From positions 6,507,956-6,557,091 of the forward strand of contig NC_057752.1 of NCBI RefSeq assembly GCF_004010195.1: a stretch of DNA of 49,136 nt, in the 5' to 3' direction. The notes under the pieces are model-generated. The model had not been told where the DNA came from, did not search any database, and saw only the letters and a list, made by a program, of their open reading frames with translations. Shown piece by piece: positions 47,514 through 49,136 of this stretch (position 1 is its first letter; each line of letters begins with the position of its first letter). The stretch comes from Chiloscyllium plagiosum (taxonomy: Eukaryota). A program made the position numbers and the translations under genes.

Positions 47514-48669
47514 TGGAGTCATAGAGATGTACAGCATGGAAACAGACCCTTCGGTCCAACCCGTCCATGCCGACCAGATATCCCAACCCAATCCAGTCCC
47601 ACTGCCAGCACCCGGCCCATATCCCTCGCAACCCTTCTTATTCATATACCCATCCAAATGCCTCTTAAATGTTGCAATTGTACCAGCCTCCACCACTTCC
47701 TCTGGCAACTCATTCCATACACATACCACCCTCTGCGTGAAAAGGTTGCCCCTTAGGTCTCTTTTATATCTTTCCCCTCTCACACTAAACCTATGCCCTC
47801 TAGTTCTGGACTCCCCAACCCCAGGGAAAAGACTTTGCCTATTTATCCTATCCATGCCCCTCATAATTTTGTAAACCTCTAATTAGATCACCCCTCAGCC
47901 TCTGACACTCCAGGGAAAACAGCCCCAGCCTGTTCAGCCTCTCCTTGTAGCTCAGATCCTCCAACCCTGGCAACATCCTTGTAAATCTTTTCTGAACCCT
48001 TTCAAGTTTCACAACATCTTTCCGATGGGAAGGAGACCAGAATTGCACGCAATATTCCAACAGTGGCCTAACCAATGTCCTGTACAGCCGCAACATGACC
48101 TCCCAACTCCTGTACTCAATACTCTGACCAATAAAGGAAAGCATACCAAATGCCTTCTTCACTATCCTATCAACCTGCGACTCCACTTTCAAGGAGCTAT
48201 GAACCTGCACTCCAAGGTCTCTTTGTTCAGCAACACTCCCCAGGACCTTGCCACGCAGTGTATAAGTTCTGCTAAGATTTGCTTTCCCAAAATGCAGCAC
48301 TTCGCATTTATCTGAATTAAACTCCATCTGCCATGTCTCCGCCCATTGGCCCATCTGGTCCAGATCCTGTTGTAATCTGAGGTAACCCTCTTCGCTGTCC
48401 ACTACACCTCCAATTTTGGTGTCATCTGCAAACTTACAAACTGTACCTCTTATGCTCGCATCCAAATCATTTATATAAATGACAAAAAGTAGAGGACTCA
48501 GCACCGATCGTTGTGGCACTCCACTGGTCACAGGCCTCCAATCTGAAAAACAACCCTCCACTACCACCCTCTACCTTTGAGCCAGTTCTGTATCCAAATG
48601 GCTAGTTCTCCCTGTATTCCATGAGATCTAACCTTGCTAATCAGTCTCCCATGGGGAACCTTGTTGAAC
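47514..48669 (-). mobile_element. Young CR1 LINE, 5' truncated
   Basis: 239-aa open RT segment (SGVPQ, YINDLD, KFADD, LEYCVQFWSP) with a frameshift near 47880. Confidence 0.92.
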
Positions 48670-48827
48670 ATGCTGCCTGACCTGCTCGAGGGTAATCAGC
48701 TGGTCAAGTTTTAATTGCCCAAGGGGTGTTAGAGAGGAATGTCTGAGATTTTTGTGGGTAATTTTTCACTTCTCCTGCCTGGAGAAAAATTGTGTTTGAG
48801 TTGAGTGGGGAGTGTATCTATTGTGTT

Positions 48828-48966
48828 TCAGGCATTATTCCTGATGAAGGGCTTATGTCCAAAAAATCAATTCTCCTGCTCCTCAGATGCTGACTGACCT
48901 GCTGTGCTTTTCCATCACTGCATTCTCGACTCTGAGCTCCAGCATCTGCAGTCCTCACTTTCTCCC
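48828..48966 (+). mobile_element. Penelope-like terminal fragment, hammerhead partly decayed
   Basis: attcCTGATGAagggcttatgtcc; GAAACGTC mutated; ends ctccagcatctgcagtcctcactttctcc. Confidence 0.78.
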
Positions 48967-49001
48967 AGATAGATAGGTAGATCAATTGATAAATAGCATT
49001 A

Positions 49002-49136
49002 CACATAGAGTCACGGAGATGTACAGCAGGGAAACAGGTCCTTTGGTCCAAGTCATCCATGCCAACCAGATATCCTAAATTAATCTAGTCCCATTTGCCA
49101 GCACTTGGCCCATATCCCTCCAAACCCTTCCTGTTC
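49002..49136 (-). mobile_element. CR1 LINE 3' end running off the window
   Basis: Matches 14657-14780 and 47514-47640. Confidence 0.85.

Noticed and set aside
47848..48567. Functional reverse transcriptase genes (also 14739..15653, 34310..35005, 35822..36379)
   Set aside because: 5'-truncated LINE remnants with frameshifts or deletions and no endonuclease domain.
38689..49136. Exon 1, signal peptide or promoter of the ErbB gene
   Set aside because: No CpG island and no convincing ATG-hydrophobic leader with a phase-1 donor found; probably beyond the window.

Overview
Vertebrate genomic DNA, almost certainly a cartilaginous fish: the repeats (HE1-type V-SINEs, CR1, Rex1/Babar, Deu-core SINEs, Penelope-like fragments) are those of a shark (inference). 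The minus strand carries 11 consecutive GT-AG exons (exons 2-12 by human numbering) of an ErbB receptor tyrosine kinase. They total 1413 nt, splice in one open frame and encode ectodomain domains I-III. Exons 6-12 and the exon 9 and 11/12 indels point to ERBB3, but exons 2-4 look much more like ERBB4. Exon 1 and exons 13 onward are not in the window. The introns are full of transposon relics. The most striking non-genic signal is a family of short Penelope-like insertions carrying a minimal type I hammerhead-ribozyme motif (CTGANGA-helix II-GAAAC-GTC) with covarying helices. Several have 9-19 bp target-site duplications (TSDs) and fold-back structure, and their breakpoints cluster at the ribozyme core. 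Also present: a solo LTR, two TA-flanked MITEs, a 69-bp satellite with an internal inversion, a perfect 51-bp tandem duplication and a 39-N gap. Comparisons to human proteins and repeat consensus sequences are from memory; no searches were run.
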